From Zygnema circumcarinatum SAG 698-1b (taxonomy: Eukaryota > Plantae > Zygnematophyceae), in the NCBI GenBank assembly GCA_037447605.1, contig CM074817.1:868001-932000 (forward strand): a DNA stretch of 64,000 nt, given 5' to 3'. The position numbers and the translations under genes were made by a program. Below are positions 19,429 through 32,640 of the stretch, one piece after another; positions within the stretch are counted from its first letter, which is position 1, and the number at the start of each line of letters is the position of its first letter. The notes beneath the pieces are model-generated. The model was given only the letters and a program-made list of their open reading frames with translations. It was not told the origin of the DNA and made no database searches.

Positions 19429-22400
19429 ATGCCATACGTCGGCCCCCGCGGCGTCCGCGCGCTGCAGCGCTACGTGTACCGCGGTGACGACCGGTCGCCG
19501 GTGTCACGTTACGTGTTCCAGCCCTTCTGGACGCGCGCCGTGCGGCTGCTGCCGCCATGGATGGCGTGAGTGCGAGGAGTTTCAGGTTTAGGGTTTAGGG
19601 TTTAAGGGTTTAGGGTTTAGGATTAGGGTTAAGGGTTGGGGTTTAGGGTGAAGGGTTTAAGTTTTAGGGTTAAAGGGTTTAGGGTGTAAGGTTTTATGGT
19701 TTATGGTTTAGGATTTGAGGGTTTAGCGTTTGAGGGCTTAAGGGTATAGGGTTTAAGGGCTAGGGCTTAGGATTAGGGTTTAGGGTTAAATTTTAGGGTT
19801 AAGGGTTTAAGGGTTTAGGGTTTAACGGTTTAGGGTGTAAGGTTTTAGGGTTCAAGGGTTGAAGGGTTTAGGGTGTTTGAGGGGCTAGGGTTTAAGGGCT
19901 AGGGTTTCAGGGTGAGGGTTTAGGGGTAGGTTGCAGAGGCATTTGGATTATGGTTTAGGGTTGAAGGGTTTTGAAAATTAGGGTTCAGGGCTTCGGTTGT
20001 AGACTTTAGGGCTCGGGGGTTCAGGGTTGGGGTCAGGTTCATGCACTTCCGACCAATCTTAAGACCGTCAATTTTTTTTTCTTTTTTGTTTTTATTTTGC
20101 AGACCCAACCTTGTGAGTCCGAACGGATTGGAGGGTTTCCAGCAATCGCCTTCAAAAGAAAAAAAAAGAAACGAAAGCAAAAGAAAAGAAAAAAAATCAA
20201 AAGGGTTGAGATTTATAGTAAATATACTGTACTTCGGGTAAACTTTAAAAATTCATGCAATTTTTTTTTTTTTCTTAAAATTTCAGGTGACTCTCACAGG
20301 TTTCTCCTTCATCTTCATCTCCTGCTGCCTCAGTTATGTAAGTTCTTTAATAATTTTAAGCCCCACTTGAAAAAAAAAAAAATACTACTAAGATCGGCGA
20401 TGTTTCGAACACTCCAAATCTCATTTTCGGAGAGGAGCATTTATTTGAACTTATTTGTACTTTTGAGGATGGTGCCTTAATGGGGTGTAACTTTGCGCTG
20501 AGGTTTCAGGTGTACTCGCCGGACCTGTCGACCCCCTCTCCGCGTTGGCTCTATTTCCTGCACAGCACCTTTCTTTTCCTTTACCAGGTAACACCCTCTC
20601 CTCTCCCTCTCCCTCTCTCCCTCTCTCCCTCTCTCCCTCTCCCTCTCCCTCCCTCTCTCCCTCTCTCCCTCTCCCTCTCTCCCTCTCCCTCTCCCCCTCT
20701 CCCTCTCTCCTTCTCCCTCTCCCTCTACCTCTCCCTCTCCCTCTCCCTCTCATTCTCTCCTCTCCCTCTCCCTCTCTCCCTCTCCCTCTCCCTCTCCCTC
20801 TCCCTCTCCCTCTCCCTCTCCTTCGCTCCCTCTCCCTCTCCCTCTCTCCATCTCTCCCTCTCCCTCGCCCACTCTTTCTCTCCCTCTCTCCCTCTCCCTC
20901 TCCCACTCTCCCTCTCCCCCTCCCTCTCTCCCTCTCCCTCTATCCCTCCCGTCTATCCCCTTCTCTCCCTCACTCCCTCTCTCCTCTCCCTCTCTCCTTC
21001 TCCCTCTCCCTCTCTCCCTCTCTCCTCTCCCTCTCCTCTCTCCTTCTCCCTCTCCCTCCCTCTCTCCCTCTCCTCTCCCTCTCCCTTCCCCTCTCAATCT
21101 CTCTCCTTTCCCAACTTTTTCCTCATTTGACGTACAATGTTCACAACACAAACGTGAGGCGGAGCTTAAAGGGGGAAGGAAGGAATTTTTGACATGTCGC
21201 AACATTCGACTTTTGATGTGTTCGGGTATTAATGGGGTATAAGGAGGGAGGGGGGGGAGGGCAGACTTTTGATGCATTGGATGGAAAGCAGGCTCGCCGT
21301 ACCGGAGCCTCCAGTCCGCTGGGGGAGATGTTCGACCACGGTGAGGGAGAGAGGGAGTGAGAGAGATAGAGGGAGAGTGAGAGAGAGGGGGGGGGGGGGA
21401 GGAGGGGGCGGAGGGGGAGGAAGAGGTGGGAGGAGTGGGAAGTGCGGGGGGAGGAGGGGGGGAAAGGGGAAAGGGGGAGGGAGAGGGAGGGGGGAAGAGA
21501 GTGAAAGAGAGGGAGAAGGGGGGAGGGAGAAGCGGGGGGGAAGGGGGAGGGGGACGGGTGTGGCGGGAGTGGAGAGGGGGGAGGTGGGGGGCAGGAGGGG
21601 AGGGGAGGGAGGGGAAGTGGGACAGGGAGAGAGTCAAATTGAGAGAGGCAGGTGCTATCCGGAGGGATAGGAGGGAGAGACGGAGAGGGAGAGGGAGAGG
21701 GGGGTCAAGGGAGCTTCCTCCAATGGAGATTTTTAGTAGTACTGAATGGAGGTGGGATGTGGGGGAGGCTTTTCAGGATGCGATGCTCTCGCCTGTACGG
21801 TGCGTTCCATGCAGTTCTGTCCTTAGATTAAGGGTGGAATCAAAACTAATATATTGTTGTTTCATGCATCAAAAGTATTTTTTTTTTCTTTCTGAAGCTA
21901 TATAGTCGGCATATTCAATGCTATTTCTTTACTTTTTTTTTTTTTTTCCAGTTGGAAGCGCTTACATTTGGAGCCACAGTGCTGCATGGTCGAACCCTAA
22001 TTTTTTCGTGGGCAATTGCGACGATGGCCTTCTACTTCGCTACATGGGAAACGTAAGAACTGGCAACAGACTATTGGCAGGAAGAGGGAAGGAGAGGGTG
22101 GGAGAGGGAGAAGGAGAGGGGGAGAGAGGGAGAGAGGGAGAGAGGGAGAGAGGGAGAGAGGGAGAGAGTGGGAGAAAGGGAGAAAGGGAGAGAGAGGAGA
22201 GAGAGGGAGAGGGAGAGGGAGAGAGGAGAGAGGGAGAGAGAGGGAGAGAGGAGAGAGGGAGAGAGAGGGAGAGAGGGAGAGAGGAGAGAGAGGGAGAGAG
22301 GAGAGAGGGAGAGGGAGAGAGGGAGAGGGAGAGAGAGAGTGGGAGAAAGGGAGAGAGGGAGAGAGGGAGAGAGGAGAGGGAGAATGGGAGGAAGGGAGAA

Positions 22401-23891
22401 AGGGAGAGAGGGAGAAAGGGAGATTGGGAGAGAGGGAGGGAGGGAGAGGGAGAGAGAGAGTGGGAGAAAGGGAAAGGGAGAGAGGGAGAAAGGGAGAAAG
22501 GGAGAGAGGGAAGGAGGGAGAGAGGGAGAGAGGGAGAGGGAGAATGGGAGAGAGGGAGAGAGGAAGGGAGGCAGAGTGGGAGAAAGGGAGAAAGGGAGAA
22601 AGGGAGAGAGGGAGAGAGGGAGAGAAGGGAGTTAAGGATGTGATTGTGTAATTGAAATTCAAAACGAACTTGTAAGTCGTTTTTTTTTTTTACTGAACTA
22701 TTTACTTTTTAGGGTTTGCAGGTTCCACACTCACACCTTGTTTTTGGGGGTTGTGAACGGACCAACGGAGGGCCTTTTGCTCATGTACTTGGCGGAGATG
22801 TGGACGGCTTTAAAAGGCACATTGACAAAACCCTAAAATCCGAAACCCTAAATTTTTTAAAACTCTGAAGTTTGACCTTACCATAACTTAGGTCTATGCC
22901 ATCTCTAATTGCAACTGTAACGCTTGCGCTAACCCGAACCCTAATTCTTATCTTAAATTGAACTATAACCGTAACTCCTAATCCTAATTCTAACTCTATG
23001 TTTAACGTTAAGCCTAATCAGTAATCTGAAACTAACCCTAATCCTAGCCCTATGCAACACTGACCTTAACGCTAACACTAATAACTCTATTCCTAATCTT
23101 AACCTTCATCCTAGTCCTAAACTCAACCCAACCCTTAACCTAACCTGGACCTTATTTAGCTTTGACCCTAACCCTTACCCTAACCCTAACCCTAACCCTA
23201 ACCCTAACTCTAACCCTAACCCTAACCCTAACTCTAACCCTAACCCTAACCCTAACTCTAACCCTAACCCTAACCCTAACTCTAACCCTAACCCTAACCC
23301 TAACCTAAAAACTGGAAATTTTCTACATTTGGGGCTTGTGTTACAGAAAATCACGTTACCCGTCCTTCAATATGCCGTTTCCATGTCAGTTCAGTTCCGT
23401 TGTGGTTCTGAAGATTGCATGGTGCATGCTGTGACTTCTCCGTTGAACTTTCCGTTGAACAGAACGGTTCCATGCGGATGGGGACACCTGGCAGGACCCG
23501 ATTGGTGGGTTCAAGATTTTCGGAAATGCTTGTTCCTGCCCGAACAACTTTTTTCTTTCATTCCAGGTAGAATCGCATAAGCAGCTTCCCCCCCAAGCTT
23601 GTTGCATTATTTTTTCTGGCAGATTCTCGTATACTAAAAGGAAAAGTTTGATTTGAGAAGAATGGGTGGTTTCAAACGTGCTTGATAATTCTGATTTTTT
23701 TCCTTTTTCCTTTTTTTACGCAGCCTTGTTTTTATCTCCTACGTTTCCTGACTCTTAATTTCTGCTTTCCTCTCCTTCTGTTTCTCCCATCTCGTCCTCT
23801 CTCTCACTCCCGCTCTCCGCTCTGTGTCGGTATCTCGTTGTGAACTCTTTTCTCTCCCCTCCCTCTCCCTCTCTCCCTCTCCCTCCCTCTC

Positions 23892-23952
<61 letters not shown>

Positions 23953-24518
23953 AGATGGATGGAAGCAGAGACTCCCATGAATGAGTTCGTTCTGTGGATG
24001 TTTTTGGGGCTTCTCATTCCAACCATCTATTTCAAGTAAGCAAAATATTTAACAGATCTGCCCCGTTCCCCGCCCCATGGGCTTAAGAAAAAAAGCACCA
24101 CCTCTAAAAAACGATTCTTCCTTCCAAGGAACTATGTTTGATTGTTATTTGTTTGTTTTCCTGCAGGAAGTCTTGGGTATAAATTTTTTTTTTGTTGTTT
24201 GCTTTTTTGTTTGCTTTTTTGCTAATTATTTCTTCTGGGGAGGATATAAATGCAATTTTTTTTTGCAGCTATCGTACTGTTCAGCGTGTTTTGGCGGAAA
24301 AAAAGGAAAAACCGCTTCGAAATTCTGTCACGTTGGTGAGATTAGATGGCTGCTCATTGGTTGTGATGAAAACTGTTTAGAATTCAGGGCAGCATAGAGA
24401 AAATCTTGACCCCTTTTTTTTCGGGCAGTTTTGTTTTTCTAATCTTTTAGGGCGAATTGGTGATGACAAGTCCTGGAATGCTTTGTTTCTGAACTGATGG
24501 ATGATGGGACTAACACTT

Positions 24519-24554
<36 letters not shown>

Positions 24555-26164
24555 CCAACTCTCTCTCTCTCTGCCTCCCTTCTCCCACTCTCTTTTGCGC
24601 ATTCACTGGCTCTCTATCTCTCTCTCTCTCTCTCACTCTCTATCTCCCTCTCGCTCTCTCTCTGGGTCTCTCTCTCTCTCTCTCTCTGTGCAGCTAGTTC
24701 CGTACTTCGCTCTCCTTGGCATGCATGTTCTATGGTGAGCACTGCTTTATAAATCTATTTACATTTACCTTTCTTGCACTATCCTCTATTCTTTGTAGGA
24801 GAGTAAATAAACAAAGAAGTCTAGACATATCTCAAAAAACTTACTGTGTTCAAATGGGGTACAGGATGTACATATCTCCCACTGATGTGATCGGAAAGTA
24901 TCCGTATCTGGCTCTCATTGGGACCGGATTCATCTTCGCTCTCCTTGTGGTATGAATCTCCATTGCTTCTCACTGTTTTCGCTTTTCTTTTTTTTTTTAA
25001 TTAGATTTTTTTAGTTTATCACTGTCCCCTACGTTGGGATTTACTTCCATTTCCTTTCTTTTTTTCACTTTATCCTTTTTTTTTTTCCTTTTTTCCCTGA
25101 TACAGGGACGGTTAATTTTGTCGCATCTTTCAGACGAGTACGACGGGCTCTTAGCAGCGCTCTGGATGGTGAGAATCTCACAAAAAACAAAAAAAATAAC
25201 CAAAAAAGATGAAAATATACTTTATTGATACTAACAGTGAAAGAATTTCTTAAAGTTCTTCTTTTGATCCCTTCGCTTGTGGCATTTTAAATCCTTTAAT
25301 TCGAGAATGAAACAGTGATTGTGTGATACTATTTGACTCCACCTTTAAATCCTTTATGGAGCGTTGCAGCCTTTCTGCATTCTTCCTTTCGGAGTTCTGA
25401 ACGCGCTTTTGGGGCAACTGTTCGGCGGGTACGTCTTCTGAAACATTGAATAACTTCTTGCAGGGAGCATGCCCGGCCCCCCCTCTCCCTCTGTCTCTCT
25501 CTCTCTCTTTTCCCTGCTCTCTCCCCACTTCATCTATCTACCTACACCTCCCCCTTTCTCGCTCTCTTGCTCCCCCTTTTCCCTCTCCCTCTCTCTCTCT
25601 CCCTCTCTGCCTCTCTCCCTCTCTGCCTCTCTCCCTCTCTCCCTCTCTCTCCCCCCTCTCCTTCTACCTCTCTCTCTTGTTTCCCCTATCTCTCCCCCTC
25701 TTCATCTATCTACCTGCACGTCTTTCTCGTCCCCTTTCTCGCTCTCTCTTTCTCCCTCCTCTCTCTCGCTCTCTCCCGCCCCCCTCTCTCTCTCTCCCCC
25801 CTCTCTCTCTCTCTCAAACACACACACAGGAGTGATACTCTCCTTGCAGGAAGCCGCCGGTGGATGAGTTATGGCTGTTGTCAGCACACACTATCTACGC
25901 AGGTGAGCCCTTCACAGCTCAGAATCACACAATATCTCACTTCTTTATTTTCCAACCATGTACTCCAAAAAAATGCAGAATTTTTACGAAGGTGGCCCCT
26001 GACTGTTTTGCTGTCCTTGAATCACTAAGTTAGGGTTTCAGCAAACTGGTTTGTCTGGATATTTGGTAAACACGTGGAGGAGAGGGTTCAGGGCTCCTGT
26101 ATGCACATTTCGCGCACGGAGTAATTCGAGACATGTGTCTCGCACGAAATATCTACTGCCTAAG
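19429..26164 (+). CDS. AAPT: Choline/ethanolamine phosphotransferase (aminoalcoholphosphotransferase, CDP-alcohol phosphotransferase family); last short exon unresolved
   Basis: Exon 1 19429-19565 reads [34 protein letters not shown]. Then a 10-nt exon 20103-20112, exons 20287-20337 and 20510-20587, and 21265-21340 with the catalytic motif [26 protein letters not shown] followed by CDALAC. Later exons give VNGPTEG (22722-22816, apparent GC donor), [29 protein letters not shown] and NIYCLR. Confidence 0.93.
19585..20030. repeat. Degenerate heptamer telomere-like tract (TTTAGGG)n in AAPT intron 1
   Basis: ggtttagggtttagggtttaagggtttagggtttagg... with many variant units. Confidence 0.88.
20600..22630. 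repeat. Intronic polypyrimidine and polypurine satellites (CTCTCC)n at 20600-21110 and (GAGAGAGG)n at 22085-22625
   Basis: Direct reading; both lie within AAPT introns. Confidence 0.88.
22840..23305. repeat. Hexamer telomere-like array (AACCCT)n with AACTCT variants, preceded by a degenerate flank
   Basis: 23165-23305 is near-perfect with (AACCCT)3-AACTCT blocks; 22840-23160 contains decayed units. Confidence 0.88.
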
Positions 26165-26553
26165 GTGAGATAGGTCTTCACTTTGAAACTTAAGAATGAA
26201 AAAAGGAGGAGAGAGGCGAGATGAGAAAGGGAATCATTGTTTTCTTTGTGTGAATGAATAACAACACAGTACAAAAATCATACAAACTGCGTTATGTTTT
26301 TCAAGCCGAATCCTCCTGTTTGATCGGAACAAATCATTTAGGGGGTGGAGTTAAGAAAGTGGAGTTAGGGGGGTTTCTTCTCTTATTCTCTCCCCCTCCC
26401 TCTTATTTTTTGTTCTTTTTTGAGCACGCAGGTTAGGTAAGCGGGAGGAGAGAGACACTCGCAGTGACGACTTAAAAACGAGTGGAAAAGAATAAGATGT
26501 ACAGAAACATTGACATTAAACCGGAAGCTAAAAACAAACAAAAGGACTGGGTT

Positions 26554-28401
26554 TCACTGGGCTCTTTGCGGGGGCGGAAAAGTTTTTGGAGTGGACGGTT
26601 TTTGAAGAGGCTGTCGTGGTGGCGGAAAATATTTTTTGGGGGCAGGTTTGGGAGAATTTTGGTTGGGAGGAGAAGGGATTTCTTTTTTATTTGGGGGCAC
26701 CCTTGAGGGGGGTCGATTTGGAGGCGAAATATGGAATTTGGGGGGAGGAGGGTGCGGGAGCTGCTTTGTTGGAGGGGGAATTCTGCTTGTGGGGGGTGGT
26801 AGGGATGGGCGGCGGGAGGGAGGGAGACAGCGCGGGAGAGGGAGAGGTGGGAGAGGCCTCTTTGTTGGAGGGGGCATTCTTCTTGTAGAGGGTGGTAGGG
26901 ATGGACGTCGGGAGAGAGGGAGAGGGAGAGGGAGAGGAAGAGGAGGGAGAGCTCCCTTTGGAGGTGGCATTCTCCTTGCAAGGGTGGGTAGGGATGGCGT
27001 TCTGAGGGGGGGAGGGTCTCCTTTAGGAAGCGGTGGAGCCACTGGCAGTGAGGTCAATTTCAAGGCCAAGAATAGAAGGGGGGGAGGGGGGGAAGGATAA
27101 ACGAATCACCTAAGTTTGTTTGTTTTCCGTATGGTAATGTACTAAAAATAAGCTTTTTTAAGGTGCGTGAATTGCAACGTGAGTCGTGAAAAACCACATG
27201 AAACATTTCACTTATATTAAACGGCGAAAAAACCTCTTCAAAAATCTCACCTTTCACGCACGATACGTTTCCATAAGCGGTCCCATATCCTGCCTCGCAT
27301 TGGCAAACATTTTTTTTGGGAAGGCAAGTTCCATGTCCAGTGCAGGCGCCTCCGTTCTGCAGAGCGTTGCAGAAAGCTTCACATTGTTTTGTCGTTTTCT
27401 GCGCCTGGGGAGCTTCACATCCCCCGGAAGAGTCAAAATTGAGAAGACAATTGTCCTTTAAAGAGACGCAAAAGGGGACTCACTCAACTTACCTCTCTCA
27501 GACACTCTTTCTCTCTCACCCTCTCTTTCTCTGTGTCTTCACTCGCCCTCTCTCTCTCCCTCCCCTACCCCCCACTAGCTCTCTCCCTATTTAACTCCTA
27601 CGATTCATCCCCTCTTCCTCTCCCCCTTTCCCACCTCCCTCCCCCTCTTCCTTTCTCTCTCTCTCTCTGCTACCCTCCCTCTCGTCCACTCCCTCCGCTT
27701 TCCCGCCCTCCCACTCGCCCTCTCTCCCTTTCCCTCTCCCACCCTCCCTCTGACCCTCTCCTCTCCCCTCCCTCTCTCACACCCTCTCTCGCTCTCACAC
27801 ACCTCTCGCCCTCTCTCTCGGCCTCTACCTCCCCATCTCGCTCCCTTCCTCGTTCCCTCTCCGTCTCCCACTCCCTCTTCTTCCTCTCCAACTCTCCCTC
27901 CCTCTCACACCGCACCCGCCCGCACAAGTACGCAAGTACATCCGTACGGCACCGCAAGTCCGCAACCCGCTACGGCCGTACAATTTACCGATGTAACCGT
28001 ACGATACCGTAACAGGGCTATACGGTCTATACGGATACCTCTTAAACGCTCCTATCCATCCATCCCATCGAAGGAGCCTCCCTTTAAATTTCCTTACCTT
28101 TCCCTTTCTTTTCTTTCCTTACCTTTCATGCTTTGAAACTATTGGCGACCGCCGAGAAACAATTCCTGAAATGAAACGTATTGCAGCAATCGCAAATAAC
28201 TTCGTCCATCTCCAGAAAATTTTCAAAGGAGCATTTCAAATAACTCTATCAAGATGATGGGTTTTCAGCGTGCATCCCCTCTCATAGGCATCTTAACCGG
28301 CACTGCACATCTTGTGTTCTCTCCCAAAGAAAATGGAGGGGTTCCACTCCACCAAATAATGCAACAGACAGCAGGTAACACACGGTATATGAATACTGCA
28401 T
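26554..28401 (-). pseudogene. Putative secreted Cys-rich/EGF-like plus proline-rich protein gene with reading-frame defects
   Basis: Exon 27455-27251 encodes DNCLLNFDSSGGCEAPQAQKTTKQCEAFCNALQNGGACTGHGTCLPKKNVCQCEAGYGTAYGNVSCVK, which has EGF-like Cys spacing. Upstream exon 28245-28123 is Cys-rich and in phase but has TGA at 28128-28126. The Pro-rich ORF 27069-26554 joins only with a 1-nt shift in a G homopolymer (~27078-27092). A signal-peptide-like start lies at 28401. Confidence 0.45.
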
Positions 28402-29177
28402 CAAATTATCAACTTGCTCCTTCTGTCACATTTTATATTTGGTCTTTTACTAAAGGCAACACATTGTCAAAACTTTTTTGCGTTATTCCTTCCTGCGATA
28501 CCATTATGTTTTTCGCTTCACTTCCCTCCAATAAAACATGCATATGTTTCAGTTACTAGTATTAAGTTTACTACGGAAATCTATGTATCACATACATCGA
28601 TCACTGCAAAGTCCTAACCGCAGGCCTGATAGAACAGCGACCCAAACCACGAGTAAAGCCACCATTCCACTCATTGCGTGCACATCCCAACCATTTACTG
28701 CCACCATATTTCCTCCATATATACCCCTCACCAGAGCTTGTGCGAGCAAAAACGACCGGCGGCAACGCTAACCCTAACCCTAACCCTAAAAAGGTCCTGC
28801 TGCCTCCAACCAGAATGTACAATCGGAGCCCCCTCCCTCTCCAGTCTGCTCCCATACTCTGCTCCTACAATACAGTATGGCCCACAACACGCCTCTGGCC
28901 AGACTAAAGAAGTCGACACCCACCTCTAGACTCTGGCTGAACTAGTCAACACCGCCACTGCAAGTCTCGGCGGGCCAGAAGACCCTTCATCAGCCACAGC
29001 ATCCAGTAGCCGCAATATGGTCCGACTGGGCCTTTGCAGGCAACCAACTGCCTCTCCAGCTCCCTCTCTCTCTCTCTCCCTCCCTCTCCCTCCGCCTCTC
29101 TCTCCCCCATGCCCCGAAGGGCCACCGCAAACGTCAGCTCATGCGCTCCAGCAAAGGTTTTGCCAACACTTCTTTAA

Positions 29178-31371
29178 TTAGAATCCGTGGAGCTTGATTA
29201 GGTCCTTTTTCACAATCCCTGCCTGAAAACACAACGCATGCAAAAGAGTGAGTGGATAAAGAAAAAAAAAGAACACGGAGTGGAAAATGTGCATGTACAA
29301 TCACATGACCTGGTGAACAGCCAAAAGATGTTAGCTAGTAATAGAGTGAATACGAAACTTTTCTTGGGTACTCGCATATTCAGCAGCGTTCTGCAACAGA
29401 AACAACAAAGCAGCAGCTCTCACCTGAACCAGGAACTGCGAAACGTTCTTCCGCTGATCACCTTGCAGTTGAATAACCTGCAAAGACAGTCCCAAAAACA
29501 TCAGAAAATTCTGAACAACCTGCATAATAAAAGACCTGCAAAACTTTGAATAACTCAAAAGCTACCATACATCTTCTTCAGATCCAACTCCTGTGCCCCA
29601 GAAGCTTCGAAGATTCAAAAAGATCCGGGAGACGGTTTGTACCCAACCCAGAAGACAACGCAATCAATTCCAAAACTCAGTTGTCGGTAGAATTCAGTTT
29701 ACGAGTTTACCTGACCGAGCTCTGGGTCCTGTACCACCGTTCCGTTGCAACAAAACTCCTGTAACATGCAACGGACCACTCAAATATTAGGACTTCTCTC
29801 TTAACACGCAACTGCAAAGATTCAAAATCAAACAAACACGCCGACAAAATCCAGAAACTAGCATACGCTAAAAAGTGAAGACATTTAAGCAACCAAAACA
29901 TAAAAACTGAAAATTGAACACGGCTAGAAACTGACCTAAATGATTAACTTTCCTGCACGTCATCCTGCTTCTCCTTACTCAATAAGTGCAGCAAAAGAAT
30001 GATTACAAGGCCAGGATTGCATGAAAGTCGACCTTTTTAAAGTCCTTGAGAATCTTGTTGTAATTGAACTCCTTCTTGAGCCCCTGCACAGTGGTCAGGC
30101 TCTTGCGGCCGTTCCGTTGCTGAACACGGACATGAATGTAATTCTTGGAGCCCGCCTCCGGGTCGTCCGCAGCATTCGCGTCCGCGAATGGATCTGAGAG
30201 ACGATCGGCGAGGGAAAGAAGTGAGGGAGGGAAAGAAGGAGAGAGAAGACAGATGACGAGAGAGAGTGAAAAATAAAGAAGGAAGAGGAAAAGCAAGAGA
30301 GATGGAGAGAGATGAAAAAGAAAGACATCGAAGAAGAAGAAGCAGAAGTGCAGCACATAGGAAAAAGCCTGAACATATGCATCTCATGTAAGGAAACCAG
30401 ATAAAGGTGGCTGCAGATTCAATAAGTTAGCATGCTAACATAACTAACCAAACCAATCTTCAGCAAGAAAGCCTCAGCCATGACTATACAGTATCTGCTA
30501 TCTGTCAGCCAAGAGGCAAATCCCCCTAAGAATGGGGGTGATAGAGTGTGTCAAACTTCGCTATTACGCTTCAGGAACTATTTCAAAGACAGTACTTCCG
30601 GATTTTGCTCTCGACTTATTTCGCAGGATTGCGTGTACTCGCTTCAAATTCTCTTCCTTCGGAAATGTCAAAGATGCACACGCCCTGGTGGGAGGGCTTG
30701 TCAACCTTGTAACAAAGCAATGAGAATCGGATGTCACGCAGCGCTAAACCTAGACTGAAATTTGAAGACGATTCATTGCTATGTCACGAGGAAAAGCCTC
30801 TGAATCTACGTGAAGGATTGTGCAAGACAGACACCCACTTATGAAAGAATGCCCTGATGCAAATCTCTGCATAGTTACTCTCAGTATTCGGGACGACAGA
30901 AGTCGAATATTTCAGCGAGAGAGAGACAGAGGAAAAGAGAAAAGGCGAGAGAGGAAGAGAGAGAGGGAGAAAAGGCTTCAAAACTTCGCAACCAAGAAGC
31001 CAACAAGGAAGAGATGGGTCAACAGAAACGCTAAAAACAAGTTAAAAGTACAGAAAATTGGTAAGCAGTTCTGATATGAAGAGACAGAAGAAATCAGGCG
31101 TTGATATGACAGTTAGAGTCAGAACGTGAAGAAATCGTGAGCAGGAAGTCATCAGGCCAAGGAAAAAAGTTAGGGTTTCCTAAGCGAAAGGCAGCACGGA
31201 AGAGTCAGCCTTTGTTCAAACGAGAGAGAGTGGGAGTGTGCACTCAGAAAGACCAATCCTAACAGAGGAAAGAGGAGCAGGGTTCCTTGAATCTAAGAAA
31301 CCGGCAGAAAAAAATGAAGAGTTGCTCAGGTGACAAAGAAAGGGAAAACTCTCCCAAAACTACAGGTACAA

Positions 31372-31408
<37 letters not shown>

Positions 31409-31591
31409 TTGAAAGGGACAACTATGAAGATAGCTATTCTCCAAGAACTGAAGGAAAGAAGAAACAAGAAAGGGCGCAACCATTCAGTCAGAAAGAGCAA
31501 CAAAACAAATGCAAACAAACATATCAAGAAGCAACCAAACGGACTCCTCCTTACCAAAGCCACCGCCAATCTGGAGGTCGACGTCTGACAT
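29178..31591 (-). CDS. SUI1: Eukaryotic translation initiation factor eIF1 (SUI1), 5 exons, 114 aa
   Basis: Exons 31591-31555, 30193-30033, 29758-29711, 29477-29424 and 29222-29178 total 345 nt and read MSDVDLQIGGGFDPFADANA...HVRVQQRNGRKSLTTVQGLKKEFNYNKILKDFKKEFCCNGTVVQDPELGQVIQLQGDQRKNVSQFLVQAGIVKKDLIKLHGF*. Confidence 0.98.
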
Positions 31592-32640
31592 GAACGAAGC
31601 TGTGTGGCTGCCTCCTCCCCTCTCTACCTCTCACTCTCACCCGCTTCTCTCTCTCTCTCTCTCTCTCCCTCTTCGTCTTTATCTCACCCTCTCTCTTTTC
31701 CTCCCTCTCCCTCTATATCTCTCTCTCCCACCAACTCTCCGCCTTTCAAATTTTCTCTCTTTCTCTCCTCCCTCTCTCAGATAGCGCCGCGTCCACGAAA
31801 CTGACACCTTCCAAATTTCTGCCGGCCGTCAACGTTTGCCTCTCCAGAACGTCCTTTTGGCGGCCGGCGACGATGGGCAGGACTCCAAACCTTTTCTAAA
31901 ACTATTTCATATGACAGAATCAATCGTAGCCGTCCAGATATTCCATTGGCAATCCCTAGCCGTCCGATTTCCGGCAAAACATTTTTTCGGGCAGGAGTCG
32001 GACGGCGGCTCGACCGTTCGCCGGCCGGCAAAAATTTGGACGGCAATTTTGGGCCGTTCGGAGAAGGACCGGACCGGAGGAACGTTCCGAGGGAGGGGGC
32101 GACGCGCCGTTCCATGTGAACTTCCGTTCCATGTGGCCGTTCAGTTCGCTGTCCAGTTACTCTCCAGTTCAATTAACTTATGGCCAGTTCCGTCCAGTTC
32201 AGTTCACGTTTGGAACTGTACACATGTACAAAGGACCACCGTAAGGATTTCGCATGGAACAGGTCTGGCAGCCAGTAATGCATTGCACTATGGTTAACTC
32301 ACAGTTCCAAGTTGGTCAACCACATTTTGGTCACAAGAATTTACTCTCATAAGCAAGATATGACAATTAAGAGGCTTTCTATTTGCTCTCCAAGTTATTA
32401 CACATAGCAAGTATCAATTGAGAAACATTTCAAGCAAGCTAATGTGCTTTCCCTCTCTCTCTCTCCCACTCTCTCTCCCCCCTCTCTCTCTCCCACACTC
32501 TCTCCCCCATTCTCTACCACTCCCTCTCCCCCTCTCTCTCCCCATCTCTCTCCAACTCTCCCTCTCTCTCTCCCACTCCCATTCTCTCTCCCACTCTCTC
32601 TCCCCCCCCTCTCTCCACCTCTCTCCCTCTCCCATCTCTC

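Noticed and set aside
28123-28330. Alternative genetic code (TGA read as Cys/Trp) suggested by in-frame stops in the EGF-like gene
   Set aside because: The GT14 and thioredoxin-fold genes end at TGA in the expected positions, so TGA is a normal stop here.
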